A DNA stretch of 64,000 nucleotides from Nitriliruptoraceae bacterium (GCA_003558435.1 PWLR01000086.1:33640-97639); one strand, 5' to 3'. Shown: positions 48,569 to 58,468, counted from the stretch's first letter. Made by a program: numbers and translations. The notes: generated by a model not told the origin, from the sequence alone.

Positions 48569-49747
48569 TCAGGCCTGGCTGGCGAGTTCGACGGCGGTGG
48601 CGGCCGCCTCCTGCATGGTCGCCGCGGCCACCACGCTGTCGCTGGCGGCCTCCTCGAGGATCCGGCGGCCCTCCTCGGCGTTGGTGCCGTCGAGACGGAC
48701 CACCAGCTTCTGCGGGAAGTCCCCCAGGCGCTTGATGGCCTCCAGGATCCCGTTGGCCACCTCCTCACCACGGGTGATGCCACCGAAGATGTTGATGAAC
48801 ACGCTCTTGACCGACGGGTCCTTGAGCACCAGGCCCAACGACTCGGCCATCGCGTCGGCCGATGCGCCGCCGCCCACGTCCAGGAAGTTGGCGGCCCGTC
48901 CGCCGTTCTGCGCCACGACATCGAGCGTGGCCATCACCAGCCCCGCGCCGTTGCCGAGCACCCCGACCGAGCCGTCGAGCTTCACGTACTGGATGCCCTT
49001 GGCCTTGGCCTCCGCCTCGAGCGGGTCGTCGGCGTCGATGCCCTCGATCTTCCACTCGCTGAAGCCGTCGTGGCGGAACGCCGCGTTGTCGTCGAGGGTG
49101 ACCTTGGCGTCCAGGGCGATGACCTGCCCGCCCTCGGTCTTGATCAACGGGTTGATCTCGGCGAGGGTCGCGTCCTCGTCGCGGTAGGCCGCGAAGAGCT
49201 TGACGAGCAGCTCGGCGGTCTCGTCGACGATGTCGGCGGGGAACTTGGCCTCGGCGACGATGCCCCGGGCGGTGCCGATGTTCAGTCCGCCGACCGACTC
49301 CGCCGGCAGCAGGGTGCGCTTGACCACGGCCTCCGGGTTGGTCCGGTTGACCTCTTCGATCTCCACGCCGCCCTCGCGGGAGCAGATGATCAGGTGGCCC
49401 TTGTTGACCCGGTCGTGCATGACCGAGAGGTAGTACTCCTCGGCGATGTCCGAGGCCGGTTCGATGTAGACCACGTTGACGATGTGGCCCTTGATGTCGA
49501 GACCGAGGATCGCTTCGGCGTGTTCGCGCGCCGCGTCGACCGAGGGTGCGTACTTCACCCCGCCGGCCTTGCCGCGCCCACCGGTCTTGACCTGCGCCTT
49601 GACCATGACCGCGGTCGCGCCGTCACCGATGTGCTTCTCCGCGGCGGCGACGACCTCGTCGACGGTCCGGCAGGCCGTGCCCGGGGGTGGGACGGGTACG
49701 CCGTTACGGCCGAACAGTTGCTTGCCCTGGAACTCGACCAGGTCCAT
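48569..49747 (-). CDS. sucC: ADP-forming succinate--CoA ligase subunit beta
   Basis: MDLVEFQGKQLFGRNGVPVP.., ..VVKAQVKTGGRGKAGGVK.., ..NIFGGITRGEEVA... 392 aa. Confidence 0.95.
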   Translation of the reverse strand: MDLVEFQGKQLFGRNGVPVPPPGTACRTVDEVVAAAEKHIGDGATAVMVKAQVKTGGRGKAGGVKYAPSVDAAREHAEAILGLDIKGHIVNVVYIEPASDIAEEYYLSVMHDRVNKGHLIICSREGGVEIEEVNRTNPEAVVKRTLLPAESVGGLNIGTARGIVAEAKFPADIVDETAELLVKLFAAYRDEDATLAEINPLIKTEGGQVIALDAKVTLDDNAAFRHDGFSEWKIEGIDADDPLEAEAKAKGIQYVKLDGSVGVLGNGAGLVMATLDVVAQNGGRAANFLDVGGGASADAMAESLGLVLKDPSVKSVFINIFGGITRGEEVANGILEAIKRLGDFPQKLVVRLDGTNAEEGRRILEEAASDSVVAAATMQEAAATAVELASQA

Positions 49748-49819
49748 CGGTGTCTGCCTGTCGTCGGAGATAGTGGGGGTGGTGGGGTGGTGCGACCGGA
49801 GCGTGCGGGCACAGCGGGC

Positions 49820-50215
49820 TCAGACGCGCTCCGGGACGTTCGCGGCGACCCAGTCGGTGATGGTCTTCATGGGTGTGCCGGGCGTGAAGATCTCAGCGAC
49901 GCCCTGGGACTGCAGCACCTCGATGTCCGCGGCGGGGATGATCCCACCACCGAACACGATCACGTCGTCGGCGCCCTGCTCGCGCAGCAGCGCCACGACC
50001 TTGGGGAACAGCGTCATGTGCGCCCCGGAATGGATCGACAGACCGACGGCCTGCGCATCCTCCTGGATGGCGGCCGCGACGATCTGGGCCGGGGTCTGGT
50101 GCAGGCCGGTGTAGATGACCTCCATACCGGCATCGCGCAGCGCGCGAGCAACGACCTTGGCGCCGCGGTCGTGTCCGTCCAGACCCGGCTTCGCCACGAT
50201 CACACGGATCGCCAT
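49820..50215 (-). CDS. stand-alone cobalamin-binding domain protein (acyl-CoA mutase small subunit-like)
   Basis: [56 protein letters not shown].. has the DxHxxG B12 motif. 131 aa. Directly upstream of sucC on the same strand. Confidence 0.9.
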   Translation of the reverse strand: MAIRVIVAKPGLDGHDRGAKVVARALRDAGMEVIYTGLHQTPAQIVAAAIQEDAQAVGLSIHSGAHMTLFPKVVALLREQGADDVIVFGGGIIPAADIEVLQSQGVAEIFTPGTPMKTITDWVAANVPERV

Positions 50216-50315
50216 CTGTTGCCGCCTCCCGGGTGTCGATGCCGGTGAGCGTAGTCGGGGGGCGGCACCGGCCGCGAAGCGAGGGGCACCGCCCGGGCAC
50301 CGGTACCTTGCGGCG

Positions 50316-50843
50316 GTGGTGAGCCAGAGCCCCCAGCCGCCCGACGAGCGGCCCGAGTTCGGCCCCTCCGGCTACCTGCCGGAGCGGGCCTCGAAGCGTG
50401 CCCGCAAGATCGTGCTCCGGGCACCGCTGGGCCTGCAGTGGCCGATCGCGGCCGTGGTCTCGGGGCTGGTCGTGGTGGCCGCCGGTGTGCTGTTCCTGCG
50501 CGGCAGCGACGCCCCACCGCCCGAGCCCTGGATCGCGGTCGGCGAGGTCGCCGACATCGGTGCGGCGCAGCCGATCGACGAACTCGACGTGCTGCTGGTC
50601 GGCGCGGGGGGCCGGCTGCGGGCGTTCGCGGAGGCGAGCGAGATCGGTTACTGCGAACCGAGCAACCGCCTGGAGACCGCCGACGGCCGGGTCTGGAACC
50701 TCACCGGTCGCGGGCTCGGCGGCACCCCGTCACTGGCCGAGCATCCGTCGTTGGTCCAGGACGGCAACGCCTACCTCGACCCGTCGCGCACGGTGCCGGG
50801 GCCACCGGCCTCCGACGAGCCGGTCGAGCCCGGCTGCGGCTAG
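50316..50843 (+). CDS. hypothetical membrane-anchored protein
   Basis: In-frame GTG 50316/50319 within track ORF 50115..50843. One TM helix ([20 protein letters not shown]) followed by a ~120-aa domain. No family recognised. Confidence 0.5.
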   Translation: MVSQSPQPPDERPEFGPSGYLPERASKRARKIVLRAPLGLQWPIAAVVSGLVVVAAGVLFLRGSDAPPPEPWIAVGEVADIGAAQPIDELDVLLVGAGGRLRAFAEASEIGYCEPSNRLETADGRVWNLTGRGLGGTPSLAEHPSLVQDGNAYLDPSRTVPGPPASDEPVEPGCG

Positions 50844-51286
50844 ACCCCGCCGTTGGTCGCGACCTCCTCGAGACGCACGAGGGTCGCCTCCATGCCCTTG
50901 AGGTTCTTCTTCGGGAACCCGGCGATCTCCAGTGCCCGCTTGGCCTTGGCCGTCGACCAGTCGAACGACTCCGTGACCTGCGTGCCGCCGTCGACCGCTT
51001 CGAACTCGTAGCGCCACCGGTGGCCGTTCATGTGCCGCCAGGCGATGCGTTCGCCCTCCACGAACTCCACGACGGTGTTGGTGATGGGGTACTTGGCTCC
51101 CATCTTCATGTCCATGCCGAACTTCGTGCCCTGGGCGAGCCGGTCCGGCTGGTCGTCCTGGAGGGCCTGGACCGAGCCCGAGCCGTCGATCACCGGATGC
51201 ATGGCCGGGTCGGCGACGATGTCGAACAGCGCCTGACGATCCGCCGCGATGACGCGGGTGGTCGAGACCTTGCGTTCCTTGCTCAC
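50840..51286 (-). CDS. SRPBCC (START/Bet v1-like, polyketide cyclase/dehydrase fold) family protein
   Basis: 148 aa. ..TTRVIAADRQALFDIVADPAMHPVIDGSG.. and ..ERIAWRH..RWRYEFE.. are typical of the fold. Confidence 0.8.
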   Translation of the reverse strand: MSKERKVSTTRVIAADRQALFDIVADPAMHPVIDGSGSVQALQDDQPDRLAQGTKFGMDMKMGAKYPITNTVVEFVEGERIAWRHMNGHRWRYEFEAVDGGTQVTESFDWSTAKAKRALEIAGFPKKNLKGMEATLVRLEEVATNGGV

Positions 51287-51357
51287 GAGAGTTCCGATCG
51301 GTCCGGTTGCTGGAGGTTCGTCGCTGGGTGTTCGCGCCGAGGGGCCGGCGTGGACCG

Positions 51358-53634
51358 TCAGTCGACCTTCACCAGCGGGGCGTAGGCGAGCATCAGGTGC
51401 TTCCGGCCGTGGTCGAGGAAGTCGACGGTCGCCTCGGCCTTCTCCCCCTCGCCCGACAACGCCGCGATGCGCCCCTCGCCGAACTTGGTGTGCATCACCC
51501 CGTCACCGACGTGGAACTCGGTGCCGCCCATCTCGAGCATCTCGATGTCGCGGACCCGCTTGGCGGCCGAGCCCCCGCGGGACGCCCCGCGCAGATCGAC
51601 CAGTTCCTCCGGCACGTCCTCGAGGAACCGCGACGGCGGGTTGAAGGAGGTGCCGCCCCACAGGGTGCGGTGATCGGCATGGGTGAGATACAGCCGATCC
51701 TGCGCCCGGGTCATCCCGACGTAGGCCAGGCGACGTTCCTCGTCGAGCTGCAGGGGCTCCGACAGCGAGCGCACGTGCGGGAACACCCCGTCCTCGAGAC
51801 CGACCAGGAAGACCACCGGGTACTCGAGACCCTTGGCGGTGTGCAGCGTCATCATCGTGACGCGGCCCTCCTCGGCCTCGGCGTCCTCGAGCTGGTCCTG
51901 GTCGCTGACCAGGGTGACCGACTCGAGGAAGGCGCCCAGGCCGGCCTCGCCCAGCCCACCGCCGGTGCGTTCCTGGACCTCCTGCGCGACCGACTTGAGC
52001 TCACGCAGGTTCTCCTCGCGTCCGAGCGCCTCGATGGTGCGGTCGGCATGCAGCTCCTGCATGTAGCCGGTGTGGTCCCAGATCCGCTCGATCAGGTCCG
52101 GGGTGGACAGCTCCTGCTGCAGTTCGGTGCGCAGCAGGTCGAGCAGATCGACGAACGAGGTCACCGCGCTGACCGCGCGGGCGGCCAGACCCTGGACGTG
52201 TTCGGCGTCGCGGCAGGCGGCCAGGAAGGTCACGCCCTCGCGGCGGGCGTGCCAGTCGAGCGCCTCGATGGTGCGGTCGCCGATGCCTCGGCGCGGCATG
52301 TTGATGATCCGGCGCACCGAGACGTCGTCGTCGGGGTTGGCCAGCACCCGCGCATAGGCCAGGACGTCCTTGATCTCCTTGCGCTCGTAGAAGCGCACCC
52401 CTCCGATCACGCGGTAGGGCAACCCGACCCGGATGAACACGTCCTCGAGCACCCGCGATTGCGCGTTGGTCCGGTAGAAGATCGCGATGTCGTCGAAGTC
52501 GACACCGTCGGAACGCAGCTTCTCGGCCTCCTCGGCGATGAAGGCGGCCTCGTCGTGCTCGTCGTCGGCGTGGTAGCGCACCACCGCCGCACCCTGGCCC
52601 CGGTCGGTCCACAGCTCCGCGCGCCGTTTGACCGCACCACGCGCGATGACCCCGTTGGCGGCGTCGAGGATCGTCTGCGTCGAGCGGTAGTTGCGGTCGA
52701 GCACGATCACCTCGGCGTCCGGGTGGTCGGTCTCGAAGTCGACGATGTTCTTGATCGTCGCCCCACGGAAGCCGTAGATGCCCTGCTGGGGGTCACCGAC
52801 GACCATCAGGTTGCCGTGCCCGCCCGAGAGCAGGTCCACCAGGTGGTACTGCGCGCGGTTGGTGTCCTGGTACTCGTCGACCATGAGGTGGCTGAACCGG
52901 CGCTGGTAGTGCTCGAGGACGGGGTCGAACAGCTGCAGCAGCTCGACCGTCTTGACGATCAGGTCGTCGAAATCGAGCGCGTTGGCCTTGAACAGCCGGT
53001 CCTGGTAGGCCTCGTAGACCTCCGCGATCTGGATCTCCGGCCAGCCACCGGCCCGCTGCTTGTAGGTCTCGAAGTCGATCAGCTCGTCCTTGGCGTTGCT
53101 GATCGCCGACTGGATCGCCCGGGGGGCGAGCCGCTTGTCGTCGACGCCCAACTGCTTGGCGAGCTGGGCGATGAGCCGGTTGGAGTCCTGCGCGTCGTAG
53201 ATCGTGAAGCCGCTGCGGTAACCGAGCCGGGTCAGCTCCCGACGCAGGATGCGCACGCACGCCTTGTGGAAGGTCGTGACCCACATCCGGTCACCCATGG
53301 CGCTGCCGACCAGGCCGCTGACCCGCTGGGCCATCTCACCGGCGGACTTGTTGGTGAAGGTGATCGCCAGGATCTCGAAGGGGCTGACCCCGTGGTCGCG
53401 GATCAGGTGGGCCGTGCGGTGGGTGAGCACCCGGGTCTTGCCCGAGCCGGCACCCGCGACCACCAGGACGGGCCCGTCGACGGTCGACACGGCATCACGC
53501 TGGGCGGGGTTGAGCCCCTCGAGCAGGGGGGAATCGTGGTCGGGCACGCGGGCCTCGGCAGGTCGGTCATGGTCGGCGGTCGTGCGACGCTGACACACAG
53601 CGACGTTCACACACGTCTTCGTCACAGCGGTCAC
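51358..53634 (-). CDS. pcrA: ATP-dependent DNA helicase PcrA/UvrD
   Basis: ..LLEGLNPAQRDAVSTVDGPVLVVAGAGSGKTRVLTHR.., ..LMVDEYQDTN.., ..TLHTAKGLEYPVVFLVG... The first in-frame start, GTG 53634, lies inside a repeat cluster, so the true start may be further downstream. Confidence 0.9.
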   Translation of the reverse strand: MTAVTKTCVNVAVCQRRTTADHDRPAEARVPDHDSPLLEGLNPAQRDAVSTVDGPVLVVAGAGSGKTRVLTHRTAHLIRDHGVSPFEILAITFTNKSAGEMAQRVSGLVGSAMGDRMWVTTFHKACVRILRRELTRLGYRSGFTIYDAQDSNRLIAQLAKQLGVDDKRLAPRAIQSAISNAKDELIDFETYKQRAGGWPEIQIAEVYEAYQDRLFKANALDFDDLIVKTVELLQLFDPVLEHYQRRFSHLMVDEYQDTNRAQYHLVDLLSGGHGNLMVVGDPQQGIYGFRGATIKNIVDFETDHPDAEVIVLDRNYRSTQTILDAANGVIARGAVKRRAELWTDRGQGAAVVRYHADDEHDEAAFIAEEAEKLRSDGVDFDDIAIFYRTNAQSRVLEDVFIRVGLPYRVIGGVRFYERKEIKDVLAYARVLANPDDDVSVRRIINMPRRGIGDRTIEALDWHARREGVTFLAACRDAEHVQGLAARAVSAVTSFVDLLDLLRTELQQELSTPDLIERIWDHTGYMQELHADRTIEALGREENLRELKSVAQEVQERTGGGLGEAGLGAFLESVTLVSDQDQLEDAEAEEGRVTMMTLHTAKGLEYPVVFLVGLEDGVFPHVRSLSEPLQLDEERRLAYVGMTRAQDRLYLTHADHRTLWGGTSFNPPSRFLEDVPEELVDLRGASRGGSAAKRVRDIEMLEMGGTEFHVGDGVMHTKFGEGRIAALSGEGEKAEATVDFLDHGRKHLMLAYAPLVKVD

Positions 53635-53662
53635 ACAGGGTCACACAGGGTCGTTCACACAG
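53594..53662. repeat. cluster of CACACAG-type heptamers, including tandem TCACACAGGG x2
   Basis: CACACA(G/C) at 53594, 53608, 53632, 53642 and 53656, plus CACAG at 53623. TCACACAGGG is repeated at 53631-53640 and 53641-53650. The cluster straddles the annotated pcrA start. Confidence 0.85.
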
Positions 53663-53878
53663 CGTCGCTCACCCGGCTCGCGCGAGACGGTCGGCTCGGG
53701 CGCGGACGAGGTCCTGGGAGGGTAGTGCTCCCCCGTGACACCTCCGGTGGGCGCACGCCCGCCCGACGCCCGACGCCCGACGCCCGCCAGCCGCCGCCCG
53801 ACGCCCGCCAGCAGCCGGCGAGCGGTCGGACAGCACGAGCTCAGGGCGAGGTCGCGCGCGCTCGGCGGAGTACGGCCC

Positions 53879-54535
53879 TCAGCGCACGAAACGGATGCTG
53901 ACCGGGTAGCGATAGCCCTCGCCGTTGGCGGCCTTGACCGCCCCGATGACGGGGAACACGAACCACACCACCGTCGCGGCCACCACCACGATGATCGCGA
54001 CCAACCACAGCACGCCGAAGGTCAGGAACCCGAGCAGGAACACCGGGATCGCGGCCAGCGTCGCGACCACCAGGGCCAGCAACGTGGTGAGCTGGAAGTT
54101 CAGCGACTCCTTGGCGTGGTGGTCGATGAACGGGTGCTCGTCACGCTTGAGCAACCACACGACCAGCGGACCGAGGAACCCCAGCGTCACGACGGTCAGC
54201 AGCGCGCCTCCCAGCCCGATCAGGTGGGCCGCGATGCCCCAGCCACGCACGTCCGAGCCGAGGCCGGACGGATGGGTGGGCTGCTGCCAGGCGGCAGTTC
54301 CGGGAGGTGCCCCACCCGGGGCGCCGCCACCGGCGCCGGGGCCGCCCGGGTCGGAGCCGCCCGCGCCGGACCCGTCGGGCCCGCCGGAGCCGGCTCCGAG
54401 CGCGGGCGGACCGGCCGGCGGAGACATCGTCGGTCGGTTGGCCGCGGCGGAGGCGCCGGTGGCCACAGGAGCAGCGCAGACGGGGCACATCGTCTCGTCG
54501 CTCTCGAGGGTCGCACCACAGGTCAGGCAGGTCAT
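53879..54535 (-). CDS. membrane protein with N-terminal zinc-ribbon and DUF4870-like C-terminal domain
   Basis: ATG 54535: MTCLTCGATLESDETMCPVCAAP (CxxC..CxxC), a Gly/Pro-rich linker, then ..VVWLLKRDEHPFIDHHAKESLNFQLT.. with 3-4 TM helices. Confidence 0.7.
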   Translation of the reverse strand: MTCLTCGATLESDETMCPVCAAPVATGASAAANRPTMSPPAGPPALGAGSGGPDGSGAGGSDPGGPGAGGGAPGGAPPGTAAWQQPTHPSGLGSDVRGWGIAAHLIGLGGALLTVVTLGFLGPLVVWLLKRDEHPFIDHHAKESLNFQLTTLLALVVATLAAIPVFLLGFLTFGVLWLVAIIVVVAATVVWFVFPVIGAVKAANGEGYRYPVSIRFVR

Positions 54536-54789
54536 GATCGTTCCTCGTCGTCCGGGCGGCACGCCCAGGGTGGGCCGGTCCGCGCGTCTCGTCCACCACG
54601 TTCGCACGCGCCCCGCCCGGCCACCATCGGGGAGGGCCCTTACGCGACCCTGAGATGGACCCGACCTCTCAGGGCACACCGCTCGGGGCGCCGCCACGAG
54701 CGGCCGCGCCGCCCCGACGGCGTCGGCCCCCGGTACCGCCCGGCGCCACCCCCGCGCCACCTCCGCGCCGCTCCCCCTGCCTCCATACG

Positions 54790-54827
54790 ACGGCGGAGGG
54801 GTGACCCGTGGGCCACCCCTCCGCCGT
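54790..54827 (-). terminator. 14-bp perfect hairpin downstream of the binding-protein gene
   Basis: ACGGCGGAGGGGTG-10 nt-CACCCCTCCGCCGT, about 55 nt after the stop at 54881 on the minus strand. No U tract. Confidence 0.6.
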
Positions 54828-54880
54828 GCTGCCGTGCTGCCGTAGCGACTGGCTACGACCTGCGGTGCCGCCTCAGGCCA

Positions 54881-56245
54881 TCAGCCCGAGCAGCGCTGCG
54901 TGTAGTCGTAGGCGTCCGCGGTCTCACCGGTCACGCCGGTCTCGACGCTGCTGAGGTTCAGCGGGGCGTCGGCGTCCGGCCGGCTGATGACGGCCGTGCG
55001 GATCGCGGTCTCGTCCGGGTTGTCCGACATGGTGGTCTCGGGCAGCGCGCCCTCGTAGTCGACCACCAGGTTCTCGGTCACCGAACGGAGGCCCGCGCGG
55101 GTCAGGTCACCGTTGTCGGCAGCGGCTTCCAGCGCGGCCAGCAGCGGGTACGACCAGATCCAACCGAAGGTGTAGCCGTCGTTGGTCGGCAGGTCGCCGT
55201 CCAGCGCCTCACGCATGGCCTCGTGCGCCTCGCTCTCGCCACTGAAGTCCTCCCACGGACCGACGTGCACGTACTGCGCTTCCAGCGCCGGGCCGGCCGG
55301 GGAGTCGAGCAGTGCCGGGTTCCACGTCGGGACCGAGCCCATGAACTGGCCCTCGAAGCCCTGCGCGGCGGCGCCACCGACGATCTCGGCGACCTCAGCG
55401 GGACCGGTGGCGATCGCCACCACGTCTGCACCGGCGCTCAGGACCTGACCGACGGCCGCGTCCTGCGAACCGACGACCGCGTTCGGGGCGGTCTCGACGA
55501 AGCCGACGAACTCCACGCCGTTGGCCTCGGCCCACGCCTCCGCGCCCACGGCGAAGTCCCCGCCGTAGTCACCCGGGTAGCCGACGGCCTGCAGGGTGGT
55601 GATCTCGCTCTCGTTGTTGACCCAGTCGAGGCCGATCTGCGCCTCGATGCAGTAGGAGTACCCCGACTCGAGGATCAGTCCGTCGTCGGTGTCGGGGAAG
55701 TGCCAACCCGACCACCACGACGCGGGGACCCCGACCATGTCGTCGGCGTCCATGTCCGGCAGGATCGCCTCCGTCGGCGGGGTGCCGAGGGTCTGGGCGA
55801 GCGCCAGGATGTTCGGCTCGATCTGGCGGTACTGGGTGCTCTGCTCCTGCGTGTCGTAGAGGTTGTCACGCGTGTAGGTGTCGACGTCGACGTCGTGACC
55901 GGCGATACCGCCGTTGTCGTTGACCCGCTGCCAGAAGGCGCGCTGTCCCTCGACGATCTCCACACCCAGCGGCGCGAACGGCCCCTGGGTGAGGTCGGAG
56001 AGGATGCCGAGGTAGATGCACCCGTTGTCCTCGTTGGTCGCGTCCGGGCACGGCTCCTCGGTCACGCCGAGGTCGGTCGCGACCTCACCGGCCGCCTCGC
56101 CGTCTCCGTCATCGTCCGCATCGGTGTCGTCGACGGTGTCGGTGTCGCCGACATCCCCGTTGTCACCGTTGCCACACGCCGTGAGCGCGAGCGCCACGAC
56201 ACTGACCATGGCTGCCGTACGGCGCCATCGATTGATCTCCCGCAT
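54881..56245 (-). CDS. ABC transporter substrate-binding lipoprotein (LivK/Peripla_BP_6-like)
   Basis: Lipobox VALALTAC, an acidic linker, then a type-I periplasmic binding fold of ~400 aa. Last gene of the Liv-type operon. Confidence 0.85.
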   Translation of the reverse strand: MREINRWRRTAAMVSVVALALTACGNGDNGDVGDTDTVDDTDADDDGDGEAAGEVATDLGVTEEPCPDATNEDNGCIYLGILSDLTQGPFAPLGVEIVEGQRAFWQRVNDNGGIAGHDVDVDTYTRDNLYDTQEQSTQYRQIEPNILALAQTLGTPPTEAILPDMDADDMVGVPASWWSGWHFPDTDDGLILESGYSYCIEAQIGLDWVNNESEITTLQAVGYPGDYGGDFAVGAEAWAEANGVEFVGFVETAPNAVVGSQDAAVGQVLSAGADVVAIATGPAEVAEIVGGAAAQGFEGQFMGSVPTWNPALLDSPAGPALEAQYVHVGPWEDFSGESEAHEAMREALDGDLPTNDGYTFGWIWSYPLLAALEAAADNGDLTRAGLRSVTENLVVDYEGALPETTMSDNPDETAIRTAVISRPDADAPLNLSSVETGVTGETADAYDYTQRCSG

Positions 56246-56426
56246 CCCTGGACCTCCCGGTCATCTACTCCCGTCCGAAGAGCACAGTGCTCCCCGGCCA
56301 AGTCTCCTACCGCAATCGTAGGCAACCAATATAAGTTGTCGAGCCCGTTCTGGCGATATCCGCTGCCCCGGCTGCCGCGCACTCCGTGGACCGCAGCTGC
56401 TCCGCTGTGCGCCGTGGTCGGCCCGC

Positions 56427-57575
56427 TCAGTACGAGAACGGCCACGCCTTCCAGTAGTTGCGCATGCGTAGCCACATCCCGTAGATCCCCCGCGGCTCGA
56501 GCACGAGGAAGACGACGATCAGGGCGCCGAACAGCATCCGCTGCGCGATCTCCACACTGACGACCTCGCCGATCAGCGGCAGGTACGGGGCGGTGACCTG
56601 CACCAGGCGCGGCAACAGCACGATGAACGCGGCGCCGATGATCGAACCCGAGATGGTCGCCACGCCCCCGATGAGGATGATCGCCAGGAACTCCACCGAG
56701 AACAGCAGGTTGAACCGCTCCGGGTTGATGGCACCGACCGCCACCGGCAGCAGGCCACCGGCGATCCCCGCGTAGAACGACGACACGCCGAACGCGATCA
56801 CCTTGGTGCGCAGCAGCGGCACCCCCATCACCTCGGCGGCGATGTCGCGGTCACGCACGGCGGCGAACGCCCGACCCATGCGCGAGCGCGCCAGGTTGCG
56901 CGCCAGGACCCCCATCACGACCAACAGCGCGAAACAGAAGAAGTAGAAGATCTGCTCGCGTCGCAGTGCGAAGCCGAGGATCTCCTGGTTCTCGTAGAAG
57001 TTGAACCCGAGGACCTCGGGGATGGCCCCCCGGCGACCGACCTGCGGTCCACCGGTGATCGTGCGCGCCTCGCGGAACAGGTGCTCGCCCACGAACACCA
57101 GACCGAGGGTCAGGATCGCGAGGTACAGCCCGCGCACCCTGGCGGCCAGGGGCGCGACCAGCAGCCCGACCAGCATCGGCACGATCCCGGCCATCGGCAG
57201 CCAGATCAGCATGTCGAGTTCGAGCCCGCGCAAGGTCATCGACGGCGCGCCGCCGAAGAACATCGAGGTGTAGGCACCCAGGCCGACGAAGAACGCGTGC
57301 CCGAGCGAGACCTGCCCGGCGTAACCGGTGACGAGGTTGAGCCCGATGCCACCGATCGCGTAGATGAACACCAGCGTCAACAGCCCGACCAGGTCGCGCC
57401 CGAGCAGGAACGGCAGCAGCAGGGTGAACGCGACCAGCACGCCGGTCCACAGCTTCTTGCTCGCGGTGTTGAGCAGCGCCTGGTCGCGGGCGTACTCGGT
57501 GTAGAGCTCAGGGCGACCGCGCAGGGTCGCACGGTTGGCTTTGGGGGTGATGGTCTTGGTGTTCTGCTCGGTCAT
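56427..57575 (-). CDS. branched-chain-amino-acid-type ABC permease (LivM-like)
   Basis: ATG 57575 overlaps the LivH-like stop (ATGA). Multi-TM, with ..IYAIGGIGLNLVTGYAGQVSLGHAFFVGLGAY... Confidence 0.9.
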   Translation of the reverse strand: MTEQNTKTITPKANRATLRGRPELYTEYARDQALLNTASKKLWTGVLVAFTLLLPFLLGRDLVGLLTLVFIYAIGGIGLNLVTGYAGQVSLGHAFFVGLGAYTSMFFGGAPSMTLRGLELDMLIWLPMAGIVPMLVGLLVAPLAARVRGLYLAILTLGLVFVGEHLFREARTITGGPQVGRRGAIPEVLGFNFYENQEILGFALRREQIFYFFCFALLVVMGVLARNLARSRMGRAFAAVRDRDIAAEVMGVPLLRTKVIAFGVSSFYAGIAGGLLPVAVGAINPERFNLLFSVEFLAIILIGGVATISGSIIGAAFIVLLPRLVQVTAPYLPLIGEVVSVEIAQRMLFGALIVVFLVLEPRGIYGMWLRMRNYWKAWPFSY

Positions 57576-58468
57576 ACGCGCTGGACCTCCTTGGTCCCGT
57601 ACAGGCCGTAGGGGCGGACCATCAACGCGATGACCATGATCAGGTAGGGCACGACCACGTCGAAGTTGGCGCCGAGGAAGTCGGCGTTGCCGGGTTGGTA
57701 GGTACGGGTCAGGGCCTCGGCGACCCCGATGAAGATGCCGGCGACCACCGAACCCTTGATGGAGTCGAGACCACCGAGGATGATCACCGGCAGGGCCTTG
57801 AGCGCGACGAAGGCGTCGAGCGCGACCATGCCACCGCCGGCCGTGCCGATCATCACCCCGGCCAGGGCGGCGAGCGCCCCCGACATCGCCCACGAGACGC
57901 CGAACATGCGTCCGACGTTGACCCCCTGGGCCAGCGCCACCTCCTGGTCCAGCGCCGTGGCCCGCATGGCCAGCCCCAGCTTGGAGCGCTGCAGGAACAC
58001 CCCGACGACCGCGATCGCCGTCAGGGAGATGATGGTCTTGGCGATGTCGACCTGACCGACCGTGGTGCCGAGGAACTCGACCCGGGACAGCCCCCAGGGG
58101 TCACCCATGGTGATGACGTTCGACCCGATCAGCCTCGCCGCCAGCACGTAGAGGGCGAAGAACAACCCGACCGTGACCATCGCGGCGGAGAACGGTGGTT
58201 GGCCCACCATCGGCCGCAGGGCCACCCGTTCGGTGAGGGCCCCGATCAGCGCCATGGCCGCCATGGAGCCGACCACCGCCAGCGGGAACGGCAGGCCGTA
58301 GTTGAACACGAACAGGGCGTTGAAGTAGGCACCGAGGATCACCAGCGCGGGTTGCGCGAAGTTCACCACGTCGGTGGCGCGGTAGATGATCACGAAGCCG
58401 ACGGCGATCAGCGCATAGGTGCTGCCGATACCGACGCCGCGCACGATCGTGGCGATCAGGATCTCCAC
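57572..58468 (-). CDS. branched-chain-amino-acid-type ABC permease (LivH-like)
   Basis: GTG 58468 with GGAGG 7 nt upstream. VEILIATIVRGVGIGSTYALIAVGFVIIYRATDVVNFAQ... Confidence 0.9.
   Translation of the reverse strand: MEILIATIVRGVGIGSTYALIAVGFVIIYRATDVVNFAQPALVILGAYFNALFVFNYGLPFPLAVVGSMAAMALIGALTERVALRPMVGQPPFSAAMVTVGLFFALYVLAARLIGSNVITMGDPWGLSRVEFLGTTVGQVDIAKTIISLTAIAVVGVFLQRSKLGLAMRATALDQEVALAQGVNVGRMFGVSWAMSGALAALAGVMIGTAGGGMVALDAFVALKALPVIILGGLDSIKGSVVAGIFIGVAEALTRTYQPGNADFLGANFDVVVPYLIMVIALMVRPYGLYGTKEVQRV

Noticed and set aside
47393-50248. 951-aa plus-strand ORF
   Set aside because: It is antisense to sucD, sucC and the B12-binding gene, all of which have unmistakable family signatures on the minus strand. 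The translation is low-complexity (G/R/D/H/L-rich) with no recognisable domain.
51307-56560. Two very long plus-strand ORFs (51307..53901, 864 aa; 53735..56560, 941 aa)
   Set aside because: They are antisense to pcrA, the DUF4870-like gene and the substrate-binding protein gene. There are no motifs. This is a high-GC open-frame artefact.
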